Virus record (IMG/VR): IMGVR_UViG_3300014208_000001 | Span: 229,318 to 293,317 of that record | Source of the DNA: a virus | Taxonomy: Duplodnaviria > Heunggongvirae > Uroviricota > Caudoviricetes | Reading direction: 5' to 3' (one strand) | Length of the DNA stretch: 64,000 nucleotides | In this document: in pieces, positions 29,681 through 39,194 of the stretch | How the letters are laid out: every line of letters starts with the position of its first letter | How positions within the stretch are numbered: the first letter of the stretch is position 1 | Notes under the pieces: generated by a model | Told to the model about the DNA's origin: nothing | The model's database searches: none | Seen by the model: only the letters and a program-made list of their open reading frames with translations | Program-made: the position numbers and the translations under genes

Positions 29681-31253
29681 CAGTATCCTCTATTTCAGTA
29701 AATGTATCATCATTAGCTAGATCATCAAACGTAGTGTTTTGTACTCTAGCCATCCTCGCTTTTAAGTCATTATATATTTGGTCAAAAAGTTCTTTATTAT
29801 TATCTAATGATCTAGCCGCATTATTTAATCCATTACCTAAAACTTTATCATTATATGAATAAGAACTACTCTTCCTCGTTACGATGCCAGCTTTGGCGGC
29901 TTCATCAACCAATGATGATGTCTTGTCGATACCACTTGGTAATCCATCAGTACCAAAACATATACGATATGTGGCTTCTCTAAATGGAGGGGCCATCTTA
30001 TTCTTGACAACTTTGATTTTTGGCTCAAATCCTACAATCTTATCACCATTTTTAGTCGGTGATCCTTTAGTTATCTGCATTCTAACAGATGTGTAAAATC
30101 TTAATGCTTTTCCTCCTGGAGTTGTTTCCGGAGAATTGTGAACTATAATACCATTGTGCTGCCCGCCAGCTGTATAATTATGGTTTTTATCGACCGTAAT
30201 ATCATATTTCCCTTTTTGTTTCATTTGCTTATTACTAGCTGTTCTAACTTCAGACACAATAGCATATGTTGTTTTAATATCATGCGTATTAGTCATTATG
30301 AGATCGCCATTAGTAATATCACTGGCTTTACGCCACCCATTATTAGTCATAATTTCATGTGTTGGCGTTACAGCAATGTTTAATCTTCCATTCTTATTGC
30401 CTGGGCCACAAGCAGAAATATTTATATAATCGGCTTTATCAATAACATCACCATTATGATGCCAATCAATAATATCAGCTGGTTCAATAGATTTTGTATG
30501 TTCGTTATATGACCATACTTGTCCTGTAATACGCTCTTCAACTACTGTTTTGATTGGTATCGATTTACCATCAACAAAATTAACCAATGTATTTGCGTGC
30601 AAGCAGCCAAACATCACACCTATTTTTTCTCTTGTCTGATTAATAAAAATTATCGTGGTTTTGGTAACACCTACTTTACCAACTAATTTACGTAATGCTT
30701 TACTCATTAATCTTGCTTGTGCACCAATACTAGAATCATTCAAATCACCATCTATTTCTTCTTTTGGAGTCAGTGCGGCCACTGAATCTATTACTATTAA
30801 ATCTATAAGTCCAGAATCGACTAAGTCTTCAGTTATACGTAGTGCTTCATCACCAGAATTTGGTTGTGATACCAATAATTTCTTAACATCAACACCAATC
30901 GACGTCGCCCATTTAGTATCTAATGCGTGTTCTGCGTCGATAAATGCGACGACACCATTTCTGCCGTCTTTATGTGGAAACATATGTGATTGAAATGATG
31001 CTATTATTTCCAAGCATGTTGTTGTTTTACCGCTGCTTTCAGCACCATATAATTCTATTATACGTCCCTCAGGAATACCAAATATACCAAGCGCATTATC
31101 TAATGATGCGATATTAGTTGGTATAGCATATACATTAGATATTGGTCCATCACTTATAGTCATTATAGATCCATCACCATATTTGGCGGTGATTTGTTGT
31201 TTCAGATTGGTCAAATCAGTAGCCGTCATTTTTTCAGATGGTTTTTTGGCCAT
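29673..31253 (-). CDS. recA: RecA recombinase (bacterial type) containing an intein
   Basis: GRIIELYGAESSGKTT, FIDAEHALD, DSVAAL, QARLMSKALRKL, INQTREKIGVMFG|SPETTPGGKALRFY. Confidence 0.97.
   Translation of the reverse strand: MAKKPSEKMTATDLTNLKQQITAKYGDGSIMTISDGPISNVYAIPTNIASLDNALGIFGIPEGRIIELYGAESSGKTTTCLEIIASFQSHMFPHKDGRNGVVAFIDAEHALDTKWATSIGVDVKKLLVSQPNSGDEALRITEDLVDSGLIDLIVIDSVAALTPKEEIDGDLNDSSIGAQARLMSKALRKLVGKVGVTKTTIIFINQTREKIGVMFGCLHANTLVNFVDGKSIPIKTVVEERITGQVWSYNEHTKSIEPADIIDWHHNGDVIDKADYINISACGPGNKNGRLNIAVTPTHEIMTNNGWRKASDITNGDLIMTNTHDIKTTYAIVSEVRTASNKQMKQKGKYDITVDKNHNYTAGGQHNGIIVHNSPETTPGGKALRFYTSVRMQITKGSPTKNGDKIVGFEPKIKVVKNKMAPPFREATYRICFGTDGLPSGIDKTSSLVDEAAKAGIVTRKSSSYSYNDKVLGNGLNNAARSLDNNKELFDQIYNDLKARMARVQNTTFDDLANDDTFTEIEDTDE
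30135..30605 (-). mobile_element. 157 aa mini-intein in RecA
   Basis: Starts CLHANT, block B TPTHEI, ends IIVHN followed by Ser; no LAGLIDADG motifs. Confidence 0.93.
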
Positions 31254-31530
31254 TTTCTCTCTCTAATAAACTATTAATTTGTCCAAGTGTTACATCATGA
31301 TCGCGAATTTTAATTACGTCAGCTATCGGAATTCGTATTGTGGTTGAGTTCTTAACAATTAATAAATCATTATCTATAACGCCCGCAACTGACCATTTTC
31401 CATCAGGTGTTATATTTGTTCCAGGTGGAGCCGATAAATATGTTACATTCTTGGTTGTGCGTAAAACAACTTGGTCAAATCTAGAAATACGCTGAAAACT
31501 ATCATGCATTATAATATTACTCCCAATCAA
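31234..31530 (-). CDS. Hypothetical protein
   Basis: 98 aa ORF upstream of recA. Confidence 0.45.
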   Translation of the reverse strand: MIGSNIIMHDSFQRISRFDQVVLRTTKNVTYLSAPPGTNITPDGKWSVAGVIDNDLLIVKNSTTIRIPIADVIKIRDHDVTLGQINSLLERENGQKTI

Positions 31531-31557
31531 AACTTCTTTTAGAGGAGATTATAAAAT

Positions 31558-32001
31558 ATGTCGAACATGACCAGTCACGAAAAAGCAATTGTAGAAGCAA
31601 TATCAACATTGTTACAACACGATGCAATGTTGGGATTATCTTTACACAGTAAAGCCCACGAGCACGCCGATACTATAGAGCATGGCGTCCAATTCATGTC
31701 TGGTCAAATAAGCGAAATGTTTGCTTTAAAAGCATCAAGCTCCCCATTTTATGAATCATTAAAACAAGCATTCTCAAAAGTCCATAATTATAAATATATT
31801 GATGATCCAACATTTACTATAGCTATGGAAAAAGAATTATCTGCTCAGGGCATTCCTGTCACAGAACGCACCAGTGCTTCTAAATACGTACATGAAATAA
31901 TAGAAGAATTACAAAAAGAAAATGACGCATGGGCTGAGAAAGATTATGGTTTCCACCCAAATCTAGACGAAGTGAAAGAAATACCAACACAATATGAATA
32001 A
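31558..32001 (+). CDS. Hypothetical protein
   Basis: 147 aa with GAGGAG RBS. Confidence 0.65.
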   Translation: MSNMTSHEKAIVEAISTLLQHDAMLGLSLHSKAHEHADTIEHGVQFMSGQISEMFALKASSSPFYESLKQAFSKVHNYKYIDDPTFTIAMEKELSAQGIPVTERTSASKYVHEIIEELQKENDAWAEKDYGFHPNLDEVKEIPTQYE

Positions 32002-32209
32002 CTTTTATAATCATAAAGTAAATCGAAATAATGTGCAATTACACGGTTTAAAATTATATTATAATCAAAATAATTCATCTAGCGGCGGTGATGTCAATAA
32101 CCAACCATCATCAAATGGGTTACCATCTAATATTCCAAATAATCCACGACATAGACAATATATGGGTTTGCAAAATAGAGGGTGTTCAATACTACCACCA
32201 TCATTATGA
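31994..32209 (+). CDS. Small Asn-rich low-complexity protein
   Basis: 71 aa, overlaps the upstream stop. Confidence 0.4.
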   Translation: MNNFYNHKVNRNNVQLHGLKLYYNQNNSSSGGDVNNQPSSNGLPSNIPNNPRHRQYMGLQNRGCSILPPSL

Positions 32210-32647
32210 TTTTTGGTTATTCAACCATTTTTCTATCATTGATAATATTCTATCTTTTTCTCTATACGCTGCATTAGGTGAATCGAACAAAAACGCTTGC
32301 GGCATCCAATACCCCTCATCATTCATATAATAATATTCACCAGTATCCTCACTGCGAGCAATATTTTCAATTTTATATGGTTCTACAGAAAACGTACCAG
32401 TTATCATCATCATAATAGATTGAAAATCAACAGAATGTAATTTCGGTATTAATCTGCCTTTAAATAAGCTGATATCCCACATATTAACCATCTTACGATC
32501 ATATATTACTTTCGGGTGATGATCGAGTACCCATTTGGTATCTTCATCCTGTTCAAAAGCCTGTGCACCAGGATGAACTATTGATAACCAATAAGGTTCA
32601 TCATTTATTTTATACTTGCCAAGTTGAAGAACTGATGTAATTTTCAT
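32204..32647 (-). CDS. Hypothetical protein
   Basis: 147 aa ORF. Confidence 0.55.
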   Translation of the reverse strand: MKITSVLQLGKYKINDEPYWLSIVHPGAQAFEQDEDTKWVLDHHPKVIYDRKMVNMWDISLFKGRLIPKLHSVDFQSIMMMITGTFSVEPYKIENIARSEDTGEYYYMNDEGYWMPQAFLFDSPNAAYREKDRILSMIEKWLNNQKS

Positions 32648-32704
32648 TCTATTTGCCCCACATGTTGGAAAAGTACAACAATGGTGCTACAACATCATTT
32701 ATGG

Positions 32705-32926
32705 TCACCCGCAGATAACTCTATTCGTCGCGTGGCTGACAATGTTTTCAGCTATAGCTTTATCTATGTTAACTGCAACTGGTGTCCATGTACCATTATC
32801 TTTAACTTCTATTTGGTGTAAACCACCATTAATTTGTTGCCCAGCCATCGGAACAACTCTACAATTAGTGGCTCCAGCCGCCTTCACACGACTAACAACA
32901 TAATTAACATCAACAACATCAGACAT
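32705..32926 (-). CDS. Hypothetical protein
   Basis: 73 aa with GGAG RBS. Confidence 0.55.
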   Translation of the reverse strand: MSDVVDVNYVVSRVKAAGATNCRVVPMAGQQINGGLHQIEVKDNGTWTPVAVNIDKAIAENIVSHATNRVICG

Positions 32927-32943
32927 TTTATTTCTCCAATTAA

Positions 32944-33273
32944 TTAACGAAGCCCGCCATTTAAATACTTTTCAACTGTGCTATATAATTCATCAAAACA
33001 TTCGCATTCATGTAATTTAATAATAGCAATAATACGATCAAAATACGCCTGGCATCTAATATCATAGTCATCATGAACGAATAATATTATGTTTGGCCCA
33101 CCCAAAACAGCTTCATCAAGTTTGATTTTAAATTCTGACGTATCAATAGTAAAATACATATACTCATTATATATAATAACATTATCAGTAATCCATGTGT
33201 CATTTATATAATTAATTATTGCTGATAAAATATCACACGGTTTTTCTACTATTCTGAAATCATCAGGTATCAT
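32944..33273 (-). CDS. Hypothetical protein
   Basis: 109 aa ORF in the operon. Confidence 0.45.
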   Translation of the reverse strand: MIPDDFRIVEKPCDILSAIINYINDTWITDNVIIYNEYMYFTIDTSEFKIKLDEAVLGGPNIILFVHDDYDIRCQAYFDRIIAIIKLHECECFDELYSTVEKYLNGGLR

Positions 33274-33571
33274 TAATATTGCTAACTATTTCCATAGACG
33301 TTATAACATAATATGGATCAGATACTCCTAAATCATTATAAAATTCTTCTAATGAAGTAACGCAATACAAAGGATCTTGCTGAGAATAACCCATACTTAT
33401 CTTCATGATATCGCCCTCATATATATCAACATTGTGTTTATCTTTAATATTAGAACATTGTTGGATAACACAATTAGTAACTGATATTAGCACACCCTTA
33501 TAAATAGTAATATTATCGCTAGGTTCAACATAACATTTATGATCTTTATGATACACTCTAAATTTTTTCAT
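33263..33571 (-). CDS. YopX-family protein
   Basis: KFRVY, IQQCSNIKDKHNVDIYEGDI, EIVSNI. Confidence 0.75.
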   Translation of the reverse strand: MKKFRVYHKDHKCYVEPSDNITIYKGVLISVTNCVIQQCSNIKDKHNVDIYEGDIMKISMGYSQQDPLYCVTSLEEFYNDLGVSDPYYVITSMEIVSNINDT

Positions 33572-33870
33572 AGTATAACCCTTGAATATGGCTCGGTTTC
33601 ATTAGGATTATTAATAAAAGTTATCAATTCATTTTCATAAGTTTCATTATATAATGAAACTTTTATTGTCCTAACAAAATATCCATTAATATTAGATATA
33701 TTTATATCATTATTATCATCTAATATTAATCTAAATTCTAACTCGTTCACATAAAACGTGTAACCATCAAAATAATAATCTGGCTCAGATATTATTCGTA
33801 TATTATCGACTTTACTTGTTATACCCTTCAAAATAATCGTCAAAATATCAGATGGGTATCTACGTGTCAT
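33568..33870 (-). CDS. Hypothetical protein
   Basis: 100 aa, coupled. Confidence 0.45.
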   Translation of the reverse strand: MTRRYPSDILTIILKGITSKVDNIRIISEPDYYFDGYTFYVNELEFRLILDDNNDINISNINGYFVRTIKVSLYNETYENELITFINNPNETEPYSRVIL

Positions 33871-34534
33871 ACTTTGCTCTTAATGCATCGAGTGCTAATG
33901 CAAATACTTGTTCTTTAGTTGTGCAATTTGGGTATTTTGAACCAAGACCATGTTTTAAAGCCACAATACACGATTCGTTCATATTTTGAAATACGCGTTC
34001 AAAATTGCAATCACCAAATCCAACAGGTTTAGCACCAAAACCAGTTTTATAATCATGTGCATATATAATACGAGTCCATCTGTTTAATAAAATCCAATAT
34101 TTAGTAATATGATCATGTTTCGATACTTTCAAAACATCGGCTGGATCATAAAGCACATGATATCTAACTTTATATAATAATTGGATAAAACTTACAAATT
34201 CATTTGATTGTTTAAATTTAATCATAGGGCGCATATTCAACCCTACTATTTTATTCTTCATTTCAGCTAATATTTGATGATCACATTCATAATTATTAAA
34301 ACACGCATATTTAGCACCAATAAATGATGCTTTATTAATAGTACTATCAGAAAATTCATCAGACACAAACGCATTGACTGTGATATTATTGTTTTTGCAT
34401 ATACTCCGTATAGCATGCAATTGAGTATCGGTATATATGTCATTTATAATGACATTATCTATACCATAATAAGCAAGCATATTAATAGCTGTGGTGTAAT
34501 TATCAGAAACCTCATCTAAATGAACAGAAATCAT
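33860..34534 (-). CDS. Xylose-isomerase-like TIM barrel (sugar phosphate isomerase/epimerase or AP endonuclease 2 superfamily)
   Basis: LYDPAD and IYAHD...PVGFGD.NF resemble the family C-terminal D..N and H.KD...G.G..D motifs. Confidence 0.55.
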   Translation of the reverse strand: MISVHLDEVSDNYTTAINMLAYYGIDNVIINDIYTDTQLHAIRSICKNNNITVNAFVSDEFSDSTINKASFIGAKYACFNNYECDHQILAEMKNKIVGLNMRPMIKFKQSNEFVSFIQLLYKVRYHVLYDPADVLKVSKHDHITKYWILLNRWTRIIYAHDYKTGFGAKPVGFGDCNFERVFQNMNESCIVALKHGLGSKYPNCTTKEQVFALALDALRAKYDT

Positions 34535-35658
34535 ACTTCAACCACATGGTTTAGCTGCGGACCGGTCCCGATAAGAGTCACTGGTATACTAACCAATTGC
34601 TCAATCATATCAATAAAATTCAAAATTTTATCTGATAATTGACCATAATCATTTGTGCCATAACATTTCCAATCAATATAATTAGCAAAATTTAATGCTA
34701 TTCTAGTAGCACCATTAACAGTAACAGCTTCAACCAATTGCTGTTTTGAAAATGTTGCAACTCTCCTAATTCGCCCTGTAACTGTCGTTTTTTCAGTTAT
34801 TGATAAGTCAGCTGGCACTCCTGCTGCTTTAGCAACATCTGACCACTCTATTTCATGCTGATCAGAATACCAATCGCCTGAATACCCAACAGTCGTATCT
34901 CCTTCAACAACATTACCAACTCTAATCGGATATGGTCTAATAACTAGATAAATATCTCCAACAGAATAAAACGGTATACCGATATCGGCCATCGCTTGAG
35001 TTGATATTGTCTGGCGGCTAGTACAAAATGGGTATGAATGACCATGATGGATATCTAATGAATATCCTTGACTGCCTTCATGAAGTATAGTCTTTTTTCC
35101 TATAACTTCATTTAATGCCATATGCATTGGTGTGTCAGCTTCTAATTCATTATCTAAATTAAATCTAGTATAATCAGTATATGCTGCTAATTCACTATAA
35201 TCTCTTGCAAGTTTAAGATCTTGCTTACGTGCTACTTTATTAGCTAAGAATGTGCCGCACCCTTGCATTGTGCTAGCTAAGTATTTAGTACCTAAAGCTT
35301 CTTGCTCTTTGTGTTCTTGCGTGATAACACCGGCACGTTGGTGTATAACGCATTTGTCTACTTCACATTCTATAACTTCTTTATACATTTGGTCTAGAGT
35401 AAATGCTGCCGATGACCCAACAACTAACCATGGGTTATATTCACCACCACTCCATTTTTTCAAAATTGCTGATGTTGGTAGTGCTTTAGCTATAAATTTA
35501 TCGCCATTTTCATTTACAGCTGTATGGCCAGCGTTAGCCATATTTGTGGTTGTTATAATTTCTGGTTTATATTTATTGGCTAAATATGTTGCGATAGCTC
35601 CTTTACCAGTTGATCCAAATTGGCCATCGAGTACTATGTTAAACAGTCCCTGTCTCAT
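34531..35658 (-). CDS. purZ: 2-amino-2'-deoxyadenylosuccinate synthetase (PurZ)
   Basis: DGQFGSTGKG (Ser where PurA has Asp), NAGHT, EGSQGYSL..H...YPFCTSR, RPYPIRV (PurA KAY.TRV), TTVT...RRV, LNFANY (PurA TKLD). Confidence 0.88.
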   Translation of the reverse strand: MRQGLFNIVLDGQFGSTGKGAIATYLANKYKPEIITTTNMANAGHTAVNENGDKFIAKALPTSAILKKWSGGEYNPWLVVGSSAAFTLDQMYKEVIECEVDKCVIHQRAGVITQEHKEQEALGTKYLASTMQGCGTFLANKVARKQDLKLARDYSELAAYTDYTRFNLDNELEADTPMHMALNEVIGKKTILHEGSQGYSLDIHHGHSYPFCTSRQTISTQAMADIGIPFYSVGDIYLVIRPYPIRVGNVVEGDTTVGYSGDWYSDQHEIEWSDVAKAAGVPADLSITEKTTVTGRIRRVATFSKQQLVEAVTVNGATRIALNFANYIDWKCYGTNDYGQLSDKILNFIDMIEQLVSIPVTLIGTGPQLNHVVEV

Positions 35659-36029
35659 TGTGATCCTTCTATTGTGTAACCATCAGAAAGCCAATTATCA
35701 ATTTGTGCGTCAGCGTTTGCCGATGCTAAATACGTATCACGATTTAAAGAATTTACCGCATCGTTTACTTTCTGTACCGAAATTTCAACATTAGTTATCT
35801 CATCGTTTTTTGTTATAATGTTTTGAACAGGCACCAAATTTGATTGCTGTAACATTCTTTTTAATGTAATAGCTTTATCAATTGCATGCAATTGATTTGA
35901 TATGATATATAATTCTGATACTAACTGATCTCTATGGGTTTGCAACCATACATCAGATCGAACAAGTAAATCAGCATTTTCACCTATTTGATCAGCAACA
36001 TATAACGACAATAACGCTTTGTTTCTCAC
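35655..36029 (-). CDS. Hypothetical helical protein coupled to purZ
   Basis: ATGA overlap with the purZ start; no HD or MazG motifs. Confidence 0.55.
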   Translation of the reverse strand: MRNKALLSLYVADQIGENADLLVRSDVWLQTHRDQLVSELYIISNQLHAIDKAITLKRMLQQSNLVPVQNIITKNDEITNVEISVQKVNDAVNSLNRDTYLASANADAQIDNWLSDGYTIEGSQ

Positions 36030-36036
36030 AATCGCC

Positions 36037-36711
36037 TCAAAAAGGAAACATAGATTCTTTTGTGATTACTTTAGCTTGCTGAAGACAAACAGCAAATTTT
36101 GATGCGCCAGCACAATTGGTTATATGCTGGAACGATGTAATATTACCACTTATTTTTATTGGATACCCAACTTTTGATCTAACCCGTTCAATATTAACAT
36201 TATGGATATCTGGAGATGCTTTAGATAATTGAATTTTAGTAACATTATCTAATCTTATTAAATTTGGTGTTCTTAATCCGACAAAAGCTGAACACATATC
36301 GTCAAAATTAGTATCTGTTATCGATGTAACTGGTATAACAAATCTGATATCTATCTGATCGCCCAAGTATTCTTTAACAAATTTCATAATTGCGTTGTAT
36401 TCATTTACCGTTTCTAAAACCGATTTATTTGGGGTTAACATAAATTCAAAACCTTCTACGGTCATTGAATCTATTGGTAATCCGCGCAGTTTTGTTAGTC
36501 CATAATTTTCGCCTTTTGGCCAGTCAACTGGTACAATTATTTTATATATTCCTTGTGATCTACCTCTTACTAATAGTGCTTCACGTACTAATTGAGTATG
36601 AACCACCATCGCTGGCAATTTAAATTTAACAGATAATTCAGATGCATCCTTTAATTCATTTAATTGCAGAACATCGATCTCTAATCTTGACACTTTTGAA
36701 TCAAATGACAT
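36037..36711 (-). CDS. Deoxyribose-phosphate aldolase (DeoC)-like TIM barrel
   Basis: VDWPKG resembles V.FP.G, EFML resembles D.V, PIKISGNI resembles .K.SGGI; the Schiff-base Lys position appears to be Arg (LIRLD). Confidence 0.55.
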   Translation of the reverse strand: MSFDSKVSRLEIDVLQLNELKDASELSVKFKLPAMVVHTQLVREALLVRGRSQGIYKIIVPVDWPKGENYGLTKLRGLPIDSMTVEGFEFMLTPNKSVLETVNEYNAIMKFVKEYLGDQIDIRFVIPVTSITDTNFDDMCSAFVGLRTPNLIRLDNVTKIQLSKASPDIHNVNIERVRSKVGYPIKISGNITSFQHITNCAGASKFAVCLQQAKVITKESMFPF

Positions 36712-37099
36712 TATATTTTAAAACCTCAATTACTCGTTGGAAAGCATCGTCTTTATTGTCAGTTATGTACACTGATGGTAATTTATAGAATGCCAACATT
36801 CGTTCTGATTTTTCTTCTTCCAGAATTACGACTGGTATCCCTGACGAATAAGCAACACCAAATTCAAAATGACTTCCTATGCGCGCTGGAAGAACCATTA
36901 ATAAACACGCAGCCGATTTAACACCATTATATTCGTTAACTGCTATCTGTGCCAATGCTTCTTCATCTGTTACATATCCATGTGATGTCCAATCATATGT
37001 GATATGTATACCAGCACTAACAAATTCATCTCGCAATTGTTTAATTCGTTCAACATTATTTAATGATGAAGCGATGTACAATTTCATTTTTACCTCCAA
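36701..37099 (-). CDS. Nucleoside 2'-deoxyribosyltransferase / DNPH1-like N-glycosidase
   Basis: LYIASS, YDWT, GSHFEFGVA..GIPV; probable start 37087 after GGAGG. Confidence 0.8.
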   Translation of the reverse strand: MEVKMKLYIASSLNNVERIKQLRDEFVSAGIHITYDWTSHGYVTDEEALAQIAVNEYNGVKSAACLLMVLPARIGSHFEFGVAYSSGIPVVILEEEKSERMLAFYKLPSVYITDNKDDAFQRVIEVLKYNVI

Positions 37100-37252
37100 A
37101 GTTTTAAATATCTACAACAGTGATACCTTCATTATCTCTTATAGCAATATAAAATAATATAAGTTATATATCATCACTATGACCAATACCAATGATTTAG
37201 CATAAAAACGACCTAACAAAAGTCAAATCAATACGCGACACATAACAACAAA

Positions 37253-37456
37253 TTATTTTGTATAATTACCTTTATACATCGACGGTGTGGTCACATTCGA
37301 TTTCTGCGTGTGACCTTGATGTGCGGGTAATACTTGAAATTGCCCTGCAACTGGCATTTGGTGATAATTGGTATTATTCAACCCACCAAAATCTCCAGAA
37401 GATGTAGATTGCGTTTTCAAACCGGGCATGATAAATGGCGATTTACCATAACACAT
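37253..37456 (-). CDS. Small low-complexity protein
   Basis: 67 aa ORF. Confidence 0.4.
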   Translation of the reverse strand: MCYGKSPFIMPGLKTQSTSSGDFGGLNNTNYHQMPVAGQFQVLPAHQGHTQKSNVTTPSMYKGNYTK

Positions 37457-37493
37457 AATAGCACCAATTGGTTAGAGTGTTAGCCTCCGTACT

Positions 37494-38486
37494 TTATATT
37501 TGTACACAATGATTATTTAAAATATGATCAATAGCTCCTGCATGATCTAACCTATTAAATTTTTCAACAAATGGCCATTGATTATATGAACTGCAAAATA
37601 CAAATTTCGACCTATCCGCTTCACTCATATTAGCCGCAGCATACTCATAATATTTGGCTTCTTGAGCGAATCTTTGAATTCTCTTTTCTGGCGGAACAGC
37701 AGGATTCACACCATAAAAATGTAATACTCCATTAACTTCACACATATCAACACCAAATATATAAACTTTATCATATGCCATCCATAAAGCAGTCTGCATA
37801 TTAGCATATGTCGTTGATCTACCAATATAAAATCCTTTAATAAGATCGAAACTAAAACCAAATCCTCCAATATTCTTAATTTGTATAGAATTCTCTTTCA
37901 AATGAGAAATGCCAGTACTATTAATAATAGTACCAGAATATGTTTCCCATAAATCTTTATATGCTGTGTATTGTGATGGATCACAAAATGCCCAATGTGT
38001 GGTGGGCCAAATTCTCTGGTCTGGCCTATTTATTGACATAGTATCAATATTATTATATCCACGTAATCTATTTAATTCTACTTCATTTATAGATGGCCCA
38101 TTGGCAATAATAATTAGTATTTTACCTATTCCATATGATTTTATTTTATTAATTTTTCTCTTTGAATCATCTGATATTTCTCTTGTTACATAATGTACTT
38201 TAGCCCCATTAGCTTTTTTAACTACTTTATTAACTACTGTATTACGTGTCGTTTTTTGAGGCTGTTTAACAATATTTCTTTTATTGACTACATTATTATT
38301 TGTTGGTAATACGCCATGCGATTGGACTGATATTATTGGTTGTGGCGTTTGTACTGTATTTGTTCTTGATATTGGTAATACTTGTTTTTGGGCTTGATTT
38401 ATTACAATTTTTACGTTTTTTGATACTTTAGGTGGGTTGACCGTCCTTATTAATTGAACCTGTTGTTTTACCACCACATGTCGCAT
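37494..38486 (-). CDS. DUF115 / Maf-like (MptE-like fold) glycosyltransferase with a disordered N-terminus
   Basis: IIANGPS, MSIN, AFCD, STTY..MQ.A.WM.Y..VYIFGVD. Confidence 0.65.
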   Translation of the reverse strand: MRHVVVKQQVQLIRTVNPPKVSKNVKIVINQAQKQVLPISRTNTVQTPQPIISVQSHGVLPTNNNVVNKRNIVKQPQKTTRNTVVNKVVKKANGAKVHYVTREISDDSKRKINKIKSYGIGKILIIIANGPSINEVELNRLRGYNNIDTMSINRPDQRIWPTTHWAFCDPSQYTAYKDLWETYSGTIINSTGISHLKENSIQIKNIGGFGFSFDLIKGFYIGRSTTYANMQTALWMAYDKVYIFGVDMCEVNGVLHFYGVNPAVPPEKRIQRFAQEAKYYEYAAANMSEADRSKFVFCSSYNQWPFVEKFNRLDHAGAIDHILNNHCVQI

Positions 38487-38524
38487 TTGGCGATCTTGAC
38501 AAAAGTGTTTTAGTATGATATAAT

Positions 38525-39169
38525 TTATTTAATCTTTAAGTAAGATTTGCATAAATGTTTCGTCTTAACCATACTTGACTCATCATCCGTAGATGATAAT
38601 GATCTGAATTGCCCTTTTTTCCTGTTCCTTTTGTTCAAAATCGAAAAAATACACCTATAGATTGTAGTAGTCAACAAATTAAACACCGGTGCTTTACCTG
38701 GTGTATAAATTAATTTGTTATTTACTAATTTGTTTGCAACTTGAATGAATGCTTCCCCAGCCAATTCTTGGTATTCTTCCTCTGAATTCAACGTAAATTT
38801 TGTTGATATTCCAGCACACATATTATTAATATCAACTAACATATTATTCCAACTATCATTAGTCGGTGCTTCTTTGATAAATCCATCACGATTCACATCA
38901 CCTGCTTCGTATTCAACAACAATCTCACCATCTACAGTTTCAATGAACTTCCCACTAATTAAATGAAATTTTTGAGAACATCTCGGATCTGGATACGTGC
39001 GTCCAGCGGGACCAACAACTGTAGTACCGTCCTTATTTTTCACAACATCACACATTTTTGTGTACAAAACACCCATTTGCCTGTAAGACTCAAACTGCGG
39101 CGTAGACTTGGCAAGTAACCAGTTAAACCATTCTTGTTCAAGCTTTTTAGTGTCGCAGTATTGGGCCAC
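38525..39169 (-). CDS. Sigma factor-like protein (T4 gp55-like late sigma)
   Basis: N-terminal Y.D.K.L; ELAGEAF.Q......Y.P.K..VF..LTT.IYRC resembles sigma region 2. Confidence 0.6.
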   Translation of the reverse strand: MAQYCDTKKLEQEWFNWLLAKSTPQFESYRQMGVLYTKMCDVVKNKDGTTVVGPAGRTYPDPRCSQKFHLISGKFIETVDGEIVVEYEAGDVNRDGFIKEAPTNDSWNNMLVDINNMCAGISTKFTLNSEEEYQELAGEAFIQVANKLVNNKLIYTPGKAPVFNLLTTTIYRCIFSILNKRNRKKGQFRSLSSTDDESSMVKTKHLCKSYLKIK

Positions 39170-39194
39170 TTAAAATCTCCAAAAGGACTATGGA

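Noticed and set aside
35655-36029. Gene next to purZ as a possible DatZ or MazZ
   Set aside because: No HD motif and no MazG-type acidic metal-binding motif visible
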